From NCBI GenBank assembly GCA_040006935.1, contig JBDTVZ010000003.1, forward strand, positions 66,224 through 130,223: DNA of 64,000 nt, read 5' to 3'. Numbering within the stretch: position 1 is the stretch's first letter; every line of letters begins with the position of its first letter. Both the position numbers and the translations under genes were made by a program. Origin of the DNA: Candidatus Dojkabacteria bacterium (GTDB taxonomy: Bacteria; Patescibacteriota; Dojkabacteria; J137). Below are positions 10,237-18,851 of this stretch, one piece after another. Below the pieces are notes generated by a model that ran no database searches, was not told where the DNA came from, and saw only the letters and a program-made list of their open reading frames with translations.

Positions 10237-10246
10237 CTCTGATAAT

Positions 10247-10376
10247 AGTAGTTCAACCCGCCTGTCCGCGCAGTCGGGCAGGTTGGTTAGAATACGCGTT
10301 TTGCTTGCCTGCCTCCTTGGCTGCCTTGGGCATGCTGGCATGGGGAACGCGGGGTTGTCGAGTCCTGTCTCTCCGA
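10247..10376 (+). pseudogene. Degenerate tRNA-Pro duplicate with two hairpin insertions
   Basis: Matches tRNA-Pro after removing 10257-10282 and 10304-10343; 5 nt deleted in T arm; most of 5' acceptor strand missing. Confidence 0.85.
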
Positions 10377-10390
10377 TTTATTAACAATTC

Positions 10391-10432
10391 AGTCCTGTTT
10401 GCCTGCCAAAGGCAGGTTTCTTCGATTTATTA
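10391..10432 (+). pseudogene. Third copy of tRNA-Pro 3' end with 19-bp hairpin insert
   Basis: AGTCCTG[TTTGCCTGCCAAAGGCAGG]TTTCTTCGATTTATTA vs AGTCCTGTCTCTCCGATTTATTA. Confidence 0.75.
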
Positions 10433-10434
10433 TT

Positions 10435-11046
10435 ATGAAAGATTTAGATACACAGGTTGAAAATCCTATAAGTATTATTGATAGCACGATAGAAGAAGCA
10501 TTGCCAGCCTACTTTGAAGGATTGAATATCCCCGAAGGTGCAATGAGTAAACTTGCAGCAACGCTCTTAGGTTATGCGAATAGCATTGTATATAAGCGTA
10601 GTGAAGATTATTCTGAAAGCCTTGCGTGTGGGGACTTTGCCAATGTCGCTACTTACCTTCTCGATTCTTTCTCCACGCATTACGGTTTAGACCAAGCCCT
10701 CATAGCTAAGATTATGATTTTCTATGAAGACGAGAGTTCGCATGCGAGAGTAAGTATGTATAACCCAGTTACGGGTAATTTTCTTTACTTTGAACCTCAA
10801 TCTCGTAGAGGAACAACCCTTTTACTAAAGAGTGAATCACTTAAAAAAGACCCTTATGACGCAATTCAAGATTTAGCAACCATCGCTAGTTCCCATATCG
10901 ATAAGATGCGTCAAGTTAAAGAGGTAAAATTCTATACAGATAAAGCTCGTTATGCGACTGAAAGAATAAATAAGAAAGGTAATAGATTGAATACATTCCC
11001 ATCCACAATACAACTTGATTCGAAACTCGCTGAGATTTTTGGATAA
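10435..11046 (+). CDS. Hypothetical protein (possible Cys-His papain/transglutaminase-like remnant)
   Basis: ATG at 10435; ACGDFA...SHARV...YFEP pattern; weak. Confidence 0.55.
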   Translation: MKDLDTQVENPISIIDSTIEEALPAYFEGLNIPEGAMSKLAATLLGYANSIVYKRSEDYSESLACGDFANVATYLLDSFSTHYGLDQALIAKIMIFYEDESSHARVSMYNPVTGNFLYFEPQSRRGTTLLLKSESLKKDPYDAIQDLATIASSHIDKMRQVKEVKFYTDKARYATERINKKGNRLNTFPSTIQLDSKLAEIFG

Positions 11047-11214
11047 GGTTTGATTAGGCATAAATGTACTGCCGCTTTTCGACCGGCTCCGGATTAAGTA
11101 TATAGTTTAAAGTTTTAAGCTCTAAACAATAGGTTCACATTCTATCCTGTTAGTTTGATTTAAGTTTACACACTTCTCTATTTGCTATAATCTAAGATGG
11201 ATTAAGCAAATCAA

Positions 11215-13008
11215 ATGAAATCTTCACGTTTAAGTTTAAAACAAAATTTCTCCACTCTAGTTTGGATAACAAAACTTGCCTTCTCCTTTAATAGAATCAA
11301 TTACGTTTTGTTAGGTATTTCTACGATTATTCAAGACAATATTCCTATCGCTACTTCTTTTTTAGCTGCCTTAATTATTGAGAAACTTGCAAATGGAGTG
11401 CGTACTTTTAATGACGAAATAATTACTCTGTTAGTTCTTATCTTCCTTACTGGTTTCATATCTAATTATATAAATAGTTTTAATCGTTATTTAACAGTGC
11501 GGTTTAATCAGGCATGGGAATTGAGAGCTTGGAATGTATTCTTGAACAAGACCTCGAGCTTAGACTTTCAACATCTAGAAAGCCCTGAGTATAGTCTTCT
11601 CATGCACAAGGTAAAAGAAACTGTAAATTGGAGAGGAAGCATTGTTGCACAAATTGTTCCAGAAGCAATTTCAGGATTTATTGGAATAATTCTGATTGCT
11701 GGAATTTTTATATCAATCAATCCAATATTTATAATCCTTATATTAATTCCGGAAATATTTCGATTTGTAATTAACAAGAAGTATGGGTTTGATTTATTTT
11801 CAATTTGGGATTCCCATGGCGAAACAAAACACCATGCATGGCATGCACAGGATTCCCTAGAAAAAACTGATGTTTTAAGAGAAGCTAAAATATATTCTTT
11901 CACGGTTAGCATACTTTCAAGATACAAAAGCGAAGTAGGTAAATTTATGAGCGAATCTTTAAAAAAGCTTAATCAGAGATATGCTCTCATAGGAATAGTT
12001 ACATTTTTTGATGTTATGATTTTAGTTTCTATTCAGATCTGGCTGATTCTACAAGTATTTGCTCAAATCATAAATATTGGCTCATATACATTCTATTTGG
12101 GAAGTATTACTACTGCATCAGATGCTTTTAATAGATTACAAATATCACTCTCTTCTCTACTTGAGCAACTTCCTTTTGTAGACGATTTTAGAAAATATTT
12201 AGAAATGGAAGATTTAGTAATTAAACCTGAAAATCCAGTAAAGATTTTACAAACAGCACCTAGAATTGAATTTCAAAATGTTTCGTTTAAATATCCAAAT
12301 TCTGAAGAATATGTCCTTAAAGATGTAAGCTTTACGATTGAACCGGGAGAAAAAATTGCATTAGTTGGAGAAAATGGTGCAGGTAAGACCACTCTTATTA
12401 AATTACTCGCGAGATTTTATGACGTCTCAGATGGAGAAATATTAGTTAATGATATTAATATTAGAGAAATTGACTTAGCTAGTTATTACAAACTTTGGGG
12501 AGTTCTATTTCAGTCTTTTGCAAAGTTATGGTTTTCTATACGGGAAAATATTGGAATTGGCAATACCGAAGATATTAATAACATGGAATTAATAAAAGAT
12601 GCTGCGAGAAAAGCAGATGCAGAAGAATTTATTAATAAACTTCCTATAAAATACGAGACTTTACTAAGCAAAGATTTTAAGAATGGAACCGACTTATCTG
12701 GAGGTCAATGGCAAAAATTAGGAATTGCTAGAGCAATGTTTGCAAATCCTAAATTAATTGTTCTAGATGAACCTACATCCGCCTTAGATGCGTTAGCCGA
12801 AGCAGAAGTATTCGAAAGTATTAATGAACTATCAAAGAACTCCACTGTTCTGGTAATTTCCCATAGATTTGCGACAGTGAGAAATGCTAATAGGATTTTA
12901 GTTTTAAAAGATGGGAAATTATTAGAACAAGGAACTCACAAAGAACTTTTGGAAAATGATAACCTCTATGCACAAATGTTTAACGAACAGGCTAAGGGTT
13001 ATTTATAA
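11215..13008 (+). CDS. ABC transporter, fused permease/ATPase
   Basis: TM domain; GENGAGKT, LSGGQWQK, LDEPT, SHR. Confidence 0.95.
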   Translation: MKSSRLSLKQNFSTLVWITKLAFSFNRINYVLLGISTIIQDNIPIATSFLAALIIEKLANGVRTFNDEIITLLVLIFLTGFISNYINSFNRYLTVRFNQAWELRAWNVFLNKTSSLDFQHLESPEYSLLMHKVKETVNWRGSIVAQIVPEAISGFIGIILIAGIFISINPIFIILILIPEIFRFVINKKYGFDLFSIWDSHGETKHHAWHAQDSLEKTDVLREAKIYSFTVSILSRYKSEVGKFMSESLKKLNQRYALIGIVTFFDVMILVSIQIWLILQVFAQIINIGSYTFYLGSITTASDAFNRLQISLSSLLEQLPFVDDFRKYLEMEDLVIKPENPVKILQTAPRIEFQNVSFKYPNSEEYVLKDVSFTIEPGEKIALVGENGAGKTTLIKLLARFYDVSDGEILVNDINIREIDLASYYKLWGVLFQSFAKLWFSIRENIGIGNTEDINNMELIKDAARKADAEEFINKLPIKYETLLSKDFKNGTDLSGGQWQKLGIARAMFANPKLIVLDEPTSALDALAEAEVFESINELSKNSTVLVISHRFATVRNANRILVLKDGKLLEQGTHKELLENDNLYAQMFNEQAKGYL

Positions 13009-13023
13009 ATTAGTTAAAATAAT

Positions 13024-13443
13024 ATGAAGGAGATTTATAAAGTTAAATTAGTATCACTAGTTGTACTCGAAAAGAACAATCAGATTCTGTTAATTAGGCG
13101 TTTGAATACTGGATGGGAAGACGGAAAGTATACTGTCCCGTCTGGACATTTAGAGGAAGGTGAAAAACCTTTAGAAGCAGCAGTGAGAGAGACAAGGGAA
13201 GAAGTTGGGGTTGAATTAAACACAGATGACTTGAAACTTGTGCATGTAGATTTTTTCGATAATTACATTCATCTATATTTTAAGTGTTCTAAATGGTCGG
13301 GAGAACCACAAATCATGGAACCCAATAAATGCGATGATATTTTATGGGCAAGTTATAATGATTTACCAGAAAACCTTGCTGGCCATGGACATGAAACATT
13401 GAGAGCCATAGGTGAGAATATATTATTTTCTGAATATGACTAA
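13024..13443 (+). CDS. NUDIX hydrolase
   Basis: GHLEEGEKPLEAAVRETREEVG Nudix box. Confidence 0.92.
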   Translation: MKEIYKVKLVSLVVLEKNNQILLIRRLNTGWEDGKYTVPSGHLEEGEKPLEAAVRETREEVGVELNTDDLKLVHVDFFDNYIHLYFKCSKWSGEPQIMEPNKCDDILWASYNDLPENLAGHGHETLRAIGENILFSEYD

Positions 13444-13451
13444 ATTAATTT

Positions 13452-14084
13452 ATGAAGCTCACTCTCTTCTCACAAAATATTACTGAAAAACATATTAATA
13501 AGTTAGAGACCTATTTTCACAAACCACTGGCTAAAGTTAAATTTCTATATATAAATACTCCCGGTAATTACAAACCATATAAATCTGAATGGATGATAAA
13601 AAGTGAAAGAAAGTGGCAAAATATTTTTCCTAAATTTCAAGAATTCGATATCGAAAGGGCTTATAGAGTTGATAAAAATTTCGATTTCAAAACTTATTTC
13701 GAATCTTTCGATTTTATATTTATAAGTGGTGGGAATGTTTTTGTACTTTCATACTGGATGGAAAAAACAGGGTGTAGAGATATATTAAAAAAGTTAGTCG
13801 AAGAAGGAAAGGTTGTATACGGAGGAGAATCTTCTGGGGCTGTTTATGTATACAAAGACCTAGAAATTTATAGCGCAGCAGATGAGCCTAAAGATGCTCC
13901 AGCAGTAGTAAATGATGGTTTGGGTTTTATAGATTTTGCACCAATTCCCCATTGGGAGAATGAGAAATTTCAAAGTATTTTGGAAGATATAAAAAAACAA
14001 TTTGAAAGTAAAAATGTGACAACTTATACAATCGAGGACAATCAAGCTTTATTTATTGCTACAGATAAAGTTCAAATTATTTAA
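13452..14084 (+). CDS. Peptidase S51 (dipeptidase E-like)
   Basis: FISGGN, GESSGA, PIPHW. Confidence 0.85.
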   Translation: MKLTLFSQNITEKHINKLETYFHKPLAKVKFLYINTPGNYKPYKSEWMIKSERKWQNIFPKFQEFDIERAYRVDKNFDFKTYFESFDFIFISGGNVFVLSYWMEKTGCRDILKKLVEEGKVVYGGESSGAVYVYKDLEIYSAADEPKDAPAVVNDGLGFIDFAPIPHWENEKFQSILEDIKKQFESKNVTTYTIEDNQALFIATDKVQII

Positions 14085-14099
14085 AATTATTTTTTTAAC

Positions 14100-14366
14100 A
14101 TGGAAGCAAAAACCGAAACACAAACTGCATCGCAACCAGAAAAACAAATTGAATATAAACCTGCTCTTTTGACAGAGTGGCAGGGTAAACTTGAAGGCAA
14201 GAATGTCACTGCGAATATTAACGGTAATATTGTAAAAGGTTCTGTAAAACAAATTATGATCTCGCAGACCTTCCCTAAAATTCTTATGGCTTTAATTCGA
14301 TCCCTAGACGGGAAGAGTTATATTGCATACGACTTAGACAAAGTTACAGTTGATGAGGTAATTTAA
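14100..14366 (+). CDS. Hypothetical protein
   Basis: 88 aa ORF continuing the operon. Confidence 0.6.
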   Translation: MEAKTETQTASQPEKQIEYKPALLTEWQGKLEGKNVTANINGNIVKGSVKQIMISQTFPKILMALIRSLDGKSYIAYDLDKVTVDEVI

Positions 14367-15370
14367 TCTATATACGCGAAAGTTATTGTCGGCGTTTGGC
14401 CTAAGTAACCAATTTTATATTCCTCAATCTTATAATTTGGAAAGTTCCTACTTAGATACTTACTCACTATTTCGGGATTAGAGCTTATAAGACCTATCCC
14501 TCCATTGATCTCTAGGATTCTCCTATATTCATTTATTATGCCGTTGTATAAGGAGTTAATATCATCAATTCTTATTTGTTTACCCCAAGGTAAATTAGAA
14601 ACTGCGATATCGAATTGTCTAGTAAATTTAGTATGTGAAGCATCCTCCAAGTACAATTTAAAATCCTGATATCCAACTTTTGCTAGATTTTTCTTAGTTA
14701 TCTCCACTCTACTACTAAGAATATCCCCTCCAGAAACTTTCAGACCCTGATTGAACCCCTCACATAAAAAAGTTCCACTTCCACATAAATTATCTACTAG
14801 AGTTTTTGCATCAACTTTGCTTTTTAGAAAAGTAATCATAGCTGCCGCTATTGTTGGCCTTATACTTCCAAATTGTGACATATGTTCATACTCTCTTTGA
14901 TATAAACTTTTTGGGAATATTTTTAATAATACAGTTGCATTCTCTCCTTCCAGTGCAACTTTAACATCAAAGTTTGAATGATCTAAAGGAGAATATGAAA
15001 AGCCTAATATCTTAGTAAGCTTATCCGAAAACTGAGATTTGATTGAATCTTGTGAATAATCTTTATTTTTATAAACACTTGCTGTAATTGAAAAGAACGC
15101 TTTGATTTTTCTAATCCCTTTAATCCACTCAATGGCTTCAGAAAAATTCTCTTTGGTTAAAAGATTAATTATCGTTGTAATATTTGCACTTAATATTAAG
15201 ATTGACAAATCATCGACTGTTTTCAGATGGGCAAGTTGTGTAGTATCACCTAAAAAATCAAACTCCACATGTTTTTGCCTGCAACTTATGTTTGAAACTC
15301 CTTCAAGTTGCCTAATTTCTTCTGCTGAGATCTCTTCTATTCCTTTTACAACACTGGCAATAATTTTCAT
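14363..15370 (-). CDS. THUMP-type RNA methyltransferase (RlmL/Trm14-like)
   Basis: VKGIEEISAEEI, IRPTIAAAM, DNLCGSGT, NLPWG. Confidence 0.85.
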   Translation of the reverse strand: MKIIASVVKGIEEISAEEIRQLEGVSNISCRQKHVEFDFLGDTTQLAHLKTVDDLSILILSANITTIINLLTKENFSEAIEWIKGIRKIKAFFSITASVYKNKDYSQDSIKSQFSDKLTKILGFSYSPLDHSNFDVKVALEGENATVLLKIFPKSLYQREYEHMSQFGSIRPTIAAAMITFLKSKVDAKTLVDNLCGSGTFLCEGFNQGLKVSGGDILSSRVEITKKNLAKVGYQDFKLYLEDASHTKFTRQFDIAVSNLPWGKQIRIDDINSLYNGIINEYRRILEINGGIGLISSNPEIVSKYLSRNFPNYKIEEYKIGYLGQTPTITFAYID

Positions 15371-15459
15371 GGTTAGATTATACTACCACAACGCAATACC
15401 TAAATTAAGAAGGATGAAAGTCTAGTGAAAAGATTCTACTGTTACACCCAGTCTTGCGG

Positions 15460-15487
15460 GAATGTTACGTAATTTTACGTAACATTC
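15460..15487. repeat. Perfect 13-bp inverted repeat
   Basis: GAATGTTACGTAA-tt-TTACGTAACATTC. Confidence 0.7.
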
Positions 15488-15500
15488 ACCTGTATTTGTG

Positions 15501-15641
15501 GTCATTGCGAGGAGGACTTATTGTGCCCTGCCCTGCTTGCCTGCCTTTGGCATGCTGGCATGGAGCGGAGTCGAAGGGTGGCAATCCCATTAGAAACCAA
15601 GTCCTTGGATTGCTTCTCAGTCTTAGACGGATCGCAATGAC
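15501..15641. repeat. RPE/REP-like palindromic element with two nested inserts
   Basis: GTCATTGCGA...TCGCAATGAC termini, inner GCAATCC/GGATTGC; nested 15527-15578 and 15536-15563. Confidence 0.8.
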
Positions 15642-15658
15642 AACAAGAAATAGGCCGC

Positions 15659-15684
15659 CATGCCTGACTGCGCAGTCAGGCATG
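15659..15684. repeat. Perfect 26-bp palindrome
   Basis: CATGCCTGACTGCGCAGTCAGGCATG; 20/26 identical to insert 10257-10282. Confidence 0.85.
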
Positions 15685-15722
15685 TAACACAGCTGGCGAT
15701 AATGTTGACTTCACAAGGGTAA

Positions 15723-16382
15723 TTAGCCTTTTTTATTAGCTTTCCATTCCTCTATCTCTGCATGATTCCCTGAAAGAAGAACTTCTGGAACTGTCCACTC
15801 TTCGCCTTCATCATTTTTGAAAGTACTTGGACGTGTGTATTGAGGATATTCGGGATTACCTTCTGTTGTTTCGTCTTGTAAAGATTCTTCACTTCCTAAA
15901 ACCCCTGGCATTAATCTTATTATAGAATCTAAAATCACCATCGAAGGTAGCTCTCCGCCAGACAAAACATAGTTTCCTATACTAATCTCTTCGTCAATTA
16001 AGTTTTCTACAATCCTATGATCAAAACCTTCGTAATGCCCACAAAGAATTACAACTCTATCAATTTCTTTAGAATATGTTTGTGCGAAAGTCTGATTCCA
16101 TTGCTTTCCTTTTGCACTCGTTAAGATTACTTTTGTTTTTGGATCTTTGTTTGGATAAACTCCAAGTGCTTTTAATGCGTTGTAAACAACTTCTAACTTT
16201 ATTAACATTCCTGGATTTCCACCAAAAGGTTTATCGTCAACGGTGTGGTGTTTATCTGTAGACCAATCTCGAAGATTATGAATATTTATTTTTACTAAAT
16301 TTTTTTCTTTTGCTCTTTTTACAATACTTTCGTTTAAGTACGAGTAGGAGTTTGGGAAAAGTGTAATTATGTCGAATTGCAA
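15723..16382 (-). CDS. trmD: tRNA (guanine-N1)-methyltransferase
   Basis: ITLFP, VDDKPFGG, CGHYEG, SIGNYVLSGGE, YPQYTRP, LLSGNH. Confidence 0.97.
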   Translation of the reverse strand: MQFDIITLFPNSYSYLNESIVKRAKEKNLVKINIHNLRDWSTDKHHTVDDKPFGGNPGMLIKLEVVYNALKALGVYPNKDPKTKVILTSAKGKQWNQTFAQTYSKEIDRVVILCGHYEGFDHRIVENLIDEEISIGNYVLSGGELPSMVILDSIIRLMPGVLGSEESLQDETTEGNPEYPQYTRPSTFKNDEGEEWTVPEVLLSGNHAEIEEWKANKKG

Positions 16383-16384
16383 TG

Positions 16385-16526
16385 TAGTGAATAGTTAAGA
16401 GTTAAATAGTTAATAGATTTTATCATATCAGCTGAATCTGATCTTCTAACTGATCATTTATAAATTCTAATCGCTTTAGATCTTTAGATTTCGAAATTCC
16501 ATAAATCTAATTGCTAAATATCTAAG
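16385..16526. repeat. Degenerate 7-mer and 8-mer arrays
   Basis: ATAGTTA AGAGTTA AATAGTTA; TTTAGATC TTTAGATT ... CTAATTG CTAAATAT CTAA. Confidence 0.5.
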
Positions 16527-18702
16527 AATCTAATTTCTCCAGCTTAGCGTACTCCATCATTAATTCTTTTTTCCCGTAAACTGGTCCGAAGTTGATGATC
16601 ACAATATCTGAATCTATATACTCTACTGTTCCTTTTCCAAAGTAATCATGCCTGACTTTATCACCAATACTTAAATCTACAGATGGTTTGTAAGGTTTAT
16701 CAATAGAAGAATCTGATGCTGCACTCCAACTTGTTTCGTAACCAATCGCTTCATCGTTTTGTAAATCTAAAATTGAATTATCAATGTCTTCAATAAATCT
16801 TGAAATTAGATTTCGTTGAGTCTTTCCAAAATATTTTCTGGACTTTGTGTACGTCATGAATAACTTTTTCTTTGCTCTTGTGATTGCAACATAAGCAAGA
16901 CGCCTTTCCTCTTCCATTTCGTGTTCGTCCATCATTGAGTTTGAATGTGGGAATAAATTTTCTTCCATTCCAACAACGAATACATATTCAAATTCCAATC
17001 CTTTTGCAGAGTGAATTGTCATTAACGTAACTGATTCTGACGAAACTTCTTTTTTACTAAAACTTTCTAATAAAGATATTTCTCCTAAGAAATTTTCCAA
17101 TGCTTCCTCTGGTTCTTGATCTTCAAATTTTGAAGCGAGTGAAATTAATTCTTTTAAGTTTTCAATTCTTGTTTCTCCTTCCGCAGTTCCGTCATCTAAC
17201 ATTTCTATATATTTTGTTTTTTCGAGAACAAGATTAATAAAGTCTATGATCTTCTTTTCTTTAGATTGTTTGATCAAATCCACAATCATTGATGCAAATG
17301 CTTTTAACTTCGGATTTATTCCGTCTTCCGTTTCCCGCTGACCGTTAACCTCGAGCAGGTATTGCAATGCACCCATGCCTTTCCCCTTGGCTAAAACTTC
17401 AAGATCCGTTGCGCTTTTATCTCCAATTCCTCTTCTCGGAGTATTTACCACTCTTTTAAAAGACGAATTATCCTTTGGGTTATAAATTAATCGAAGATAC
17501 GAAAGAATATCTTTAACCTCTTTTCTATCATAAAAACGAACTCCACCAACAATTTTATATGGAATATTATTTTGTAAAAATGCTTCTTCTAAAGTTCTTG
17601 ACTGTGCGTTTGTTCTATATAAAACTGCGAAATCATTAAATCCCTCTGGTGAATCTTTTTTTAATTTTTCAATTACTTCAGTTACATATAGCGCTTCATT
17701 CTCTTCGTTAAGTGCTTTGTACAAAACTATATTGTCTCCATTATCATTTTCTGTCCAAAGTTTTTTATCTTTTCTTCTTTTATTTTTTGAAATTACTTGA
17801 TGTGATGCTTCTAAAATCTTTTTTGTGGATCGGTAATTTTGTTCTAGTTTAATTACCTTTGCACTCGGGTAATCTTTTTCGAAGCTTAAAATGTTTTTAA
17901 TTGTTGCTCCTCTGAATGCGTAAATACTTTGATCGTCATCTCCAACACAACAAATATTTTTGTAATGCTCTGCCAACAATTTAATAATTGTATACTGAGC
18001 ATGATTTGTATCCTGGTATTCATCAACTAAAATATATTTAAATGCTTTTTGTAAATTAGTTAAAACTTCTTTGTTGTTTTTTAAAAGCTGAACTGTAAGC
18101 ATTAATAAATCATCGAAATCTACTGCGTTACTTTCTTTTAAAATTTTTTGATACTCTGGATAAACTCTGGCAACAGCTTGTTGAAAATATCCTTGTGCGG
18201 ATCCTGAATATTCTTGATGTGTAATTAATTCGTTTTTTGCAGAAGAAATATAGGAATGTATTGCGTATGCATTAAATTCTTTTGTGGAAATTTTTGCTGC
18301 TTCCATTGCATCTTTTGTAATTGCAATTTGATCACTGGAATCGTAAATGATGAAATTTCTGTTAATCCCAACTAATTCACCATATTTTTTTAAAAGCTTT
18401 AAACAAATGGAATGAAAAGTTCCCATCCAAGGTAAGTTTTCAGTTTGTTTATTCTCTGATGACTGATTACTGATAACTGACAACTTTTTTATTCTCTCTT
18501 TCATTTCCTCAGCAGCTTTATTTGTGAAAGTCATTGCAAGGATATTCATTGGGCCAGCTAAACCAGAATCAAGAATGTAAGCAAGACGATAGGTTAAAAC
18601 TCTAGTTTTACCAGATCCCGCACCTGCTAAAACCAAGACTGGACCTTCTGTAGCCAGAACAGCTTCTTTTTGTGGTGGATTTAAGATGTCTAAATTAATC
18701 AT
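16522..18702 (-). CDS. pcrA: UvrD/PcrA DNA helicase
   Basis: LAGAGSGKT, VDEYQDTN, VGDDDQSIY, NYRST, TIHSAKGLEF, YVAITRA; start MINLDIL. Confidence 0.96.
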   Translation of the reverse strand: MINLDILNPPQKEAVLATEGPVLVLAGAGSGKTRVLTYRLAYILDSGLAGPMNILAMTFTNKAAEEMKERIKKLSVISNQSSENKQTENLPWMGTFHSICLKLLKKYGELVGINRNFIIYDSSDQIAITKDAMEAAKISTKEFNAYAIHSYISSAKNELITHQEYSGSAQGYFQQAVARVYPEYQKILKESNAVDFDDLLMLTVQLLKNNKEVLTNLQKAFKYILVDEYQDTNHAQYTIIKLLAEHYKNICCVGDDDQSIYAFRGATIKNILSFEKDYPSAKVIKLEQNYRSTKKILEASHQVISKNKRRKDKKLWTENDNGDNIVLYKALNEENEALYVTEVIEKLKKDSPEGFNDFAVLYRTNAQSRTLEEAFLQNNIPYKIVGGVRFYDRKEVKDILSYLRLIYNPKDNSSFKRVVNTPRRGIGDKSATDLEVLAKGKGMGALQYLLEVNGQRETEDGINPKLKAFASMIVDLIKQSKEKKIIDFINLVLEKTKYIEMLDDGTAEGETRIENLKELISLASKFEDQEPEEALENFLGEISLLESFSKKEVSSESVTLMTIHSAKGLEFEYVFVVGMEENLFPHSNSMMDEHEMEEERRLAYVAITRAKKKLFMTYTKSRKYFGKTQRNLISRFIEDIDNSILDLQNDEAIGYETSWSAASDSSIDKPYKPSVDLSIGDKVRHDYFGKGTVEYIDSDIVIINFGPVYGKKELMMEYAKLEKLDS

Positions 18703-18801
18703 GGGAAATTCAAAAGATTCTTTGAATGTTATCATAATTGTGGTTGAAAAGTTATAAAGTTCAAGGTGTGAAACTAAGTAATTCATTGCTATAGTAGGTG
18801 G

Positions 18802-18825
18802 CATGGTGAACGGAGTCGAACCATG
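18802..18825. repeat. REP-like palindrome
   Basis: CATGGTGAACGGAGTCGAACCATG; related to the 31065-31132 envelope. Confidence 0.7.
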
Positions 18826-18851
18826 ACTCAAGAGCTGATATAATTCAGATT

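Noticed and set aside
10247-10376. Intron-containing functional tRNA-Pro
   Set aside because: The copy lacks most of the 5' acceptor strand and 5 nt of the T arm. The inserts are too short for group I/II introns and match dispersed repeats.
10178-10384. 68-aa ORF in the track
   Set aside because: It overlies tRNA-Pro and its degenerate copy.
15454-15687. ORFs on both strands (77 and 65 aa)
   Set aside because: They are open only because the GC-rich palindromes lack stop codons.
15645-15705. attC-like site (GTTAGC restored on the minus strand after removing the 26-bp palindrome; faint similarity to 3290-3315)
   Set aside because: There is no convincing partner RYYYAAC box or cassette structure and no integrase; the similarity is too short.
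18703-18831. PcrA N-terminal extension MSHGSTPFTMP...
   Set aside because: It reads through a REP-like palindrome and an 8-mer array; homology starts near LNPPQ.
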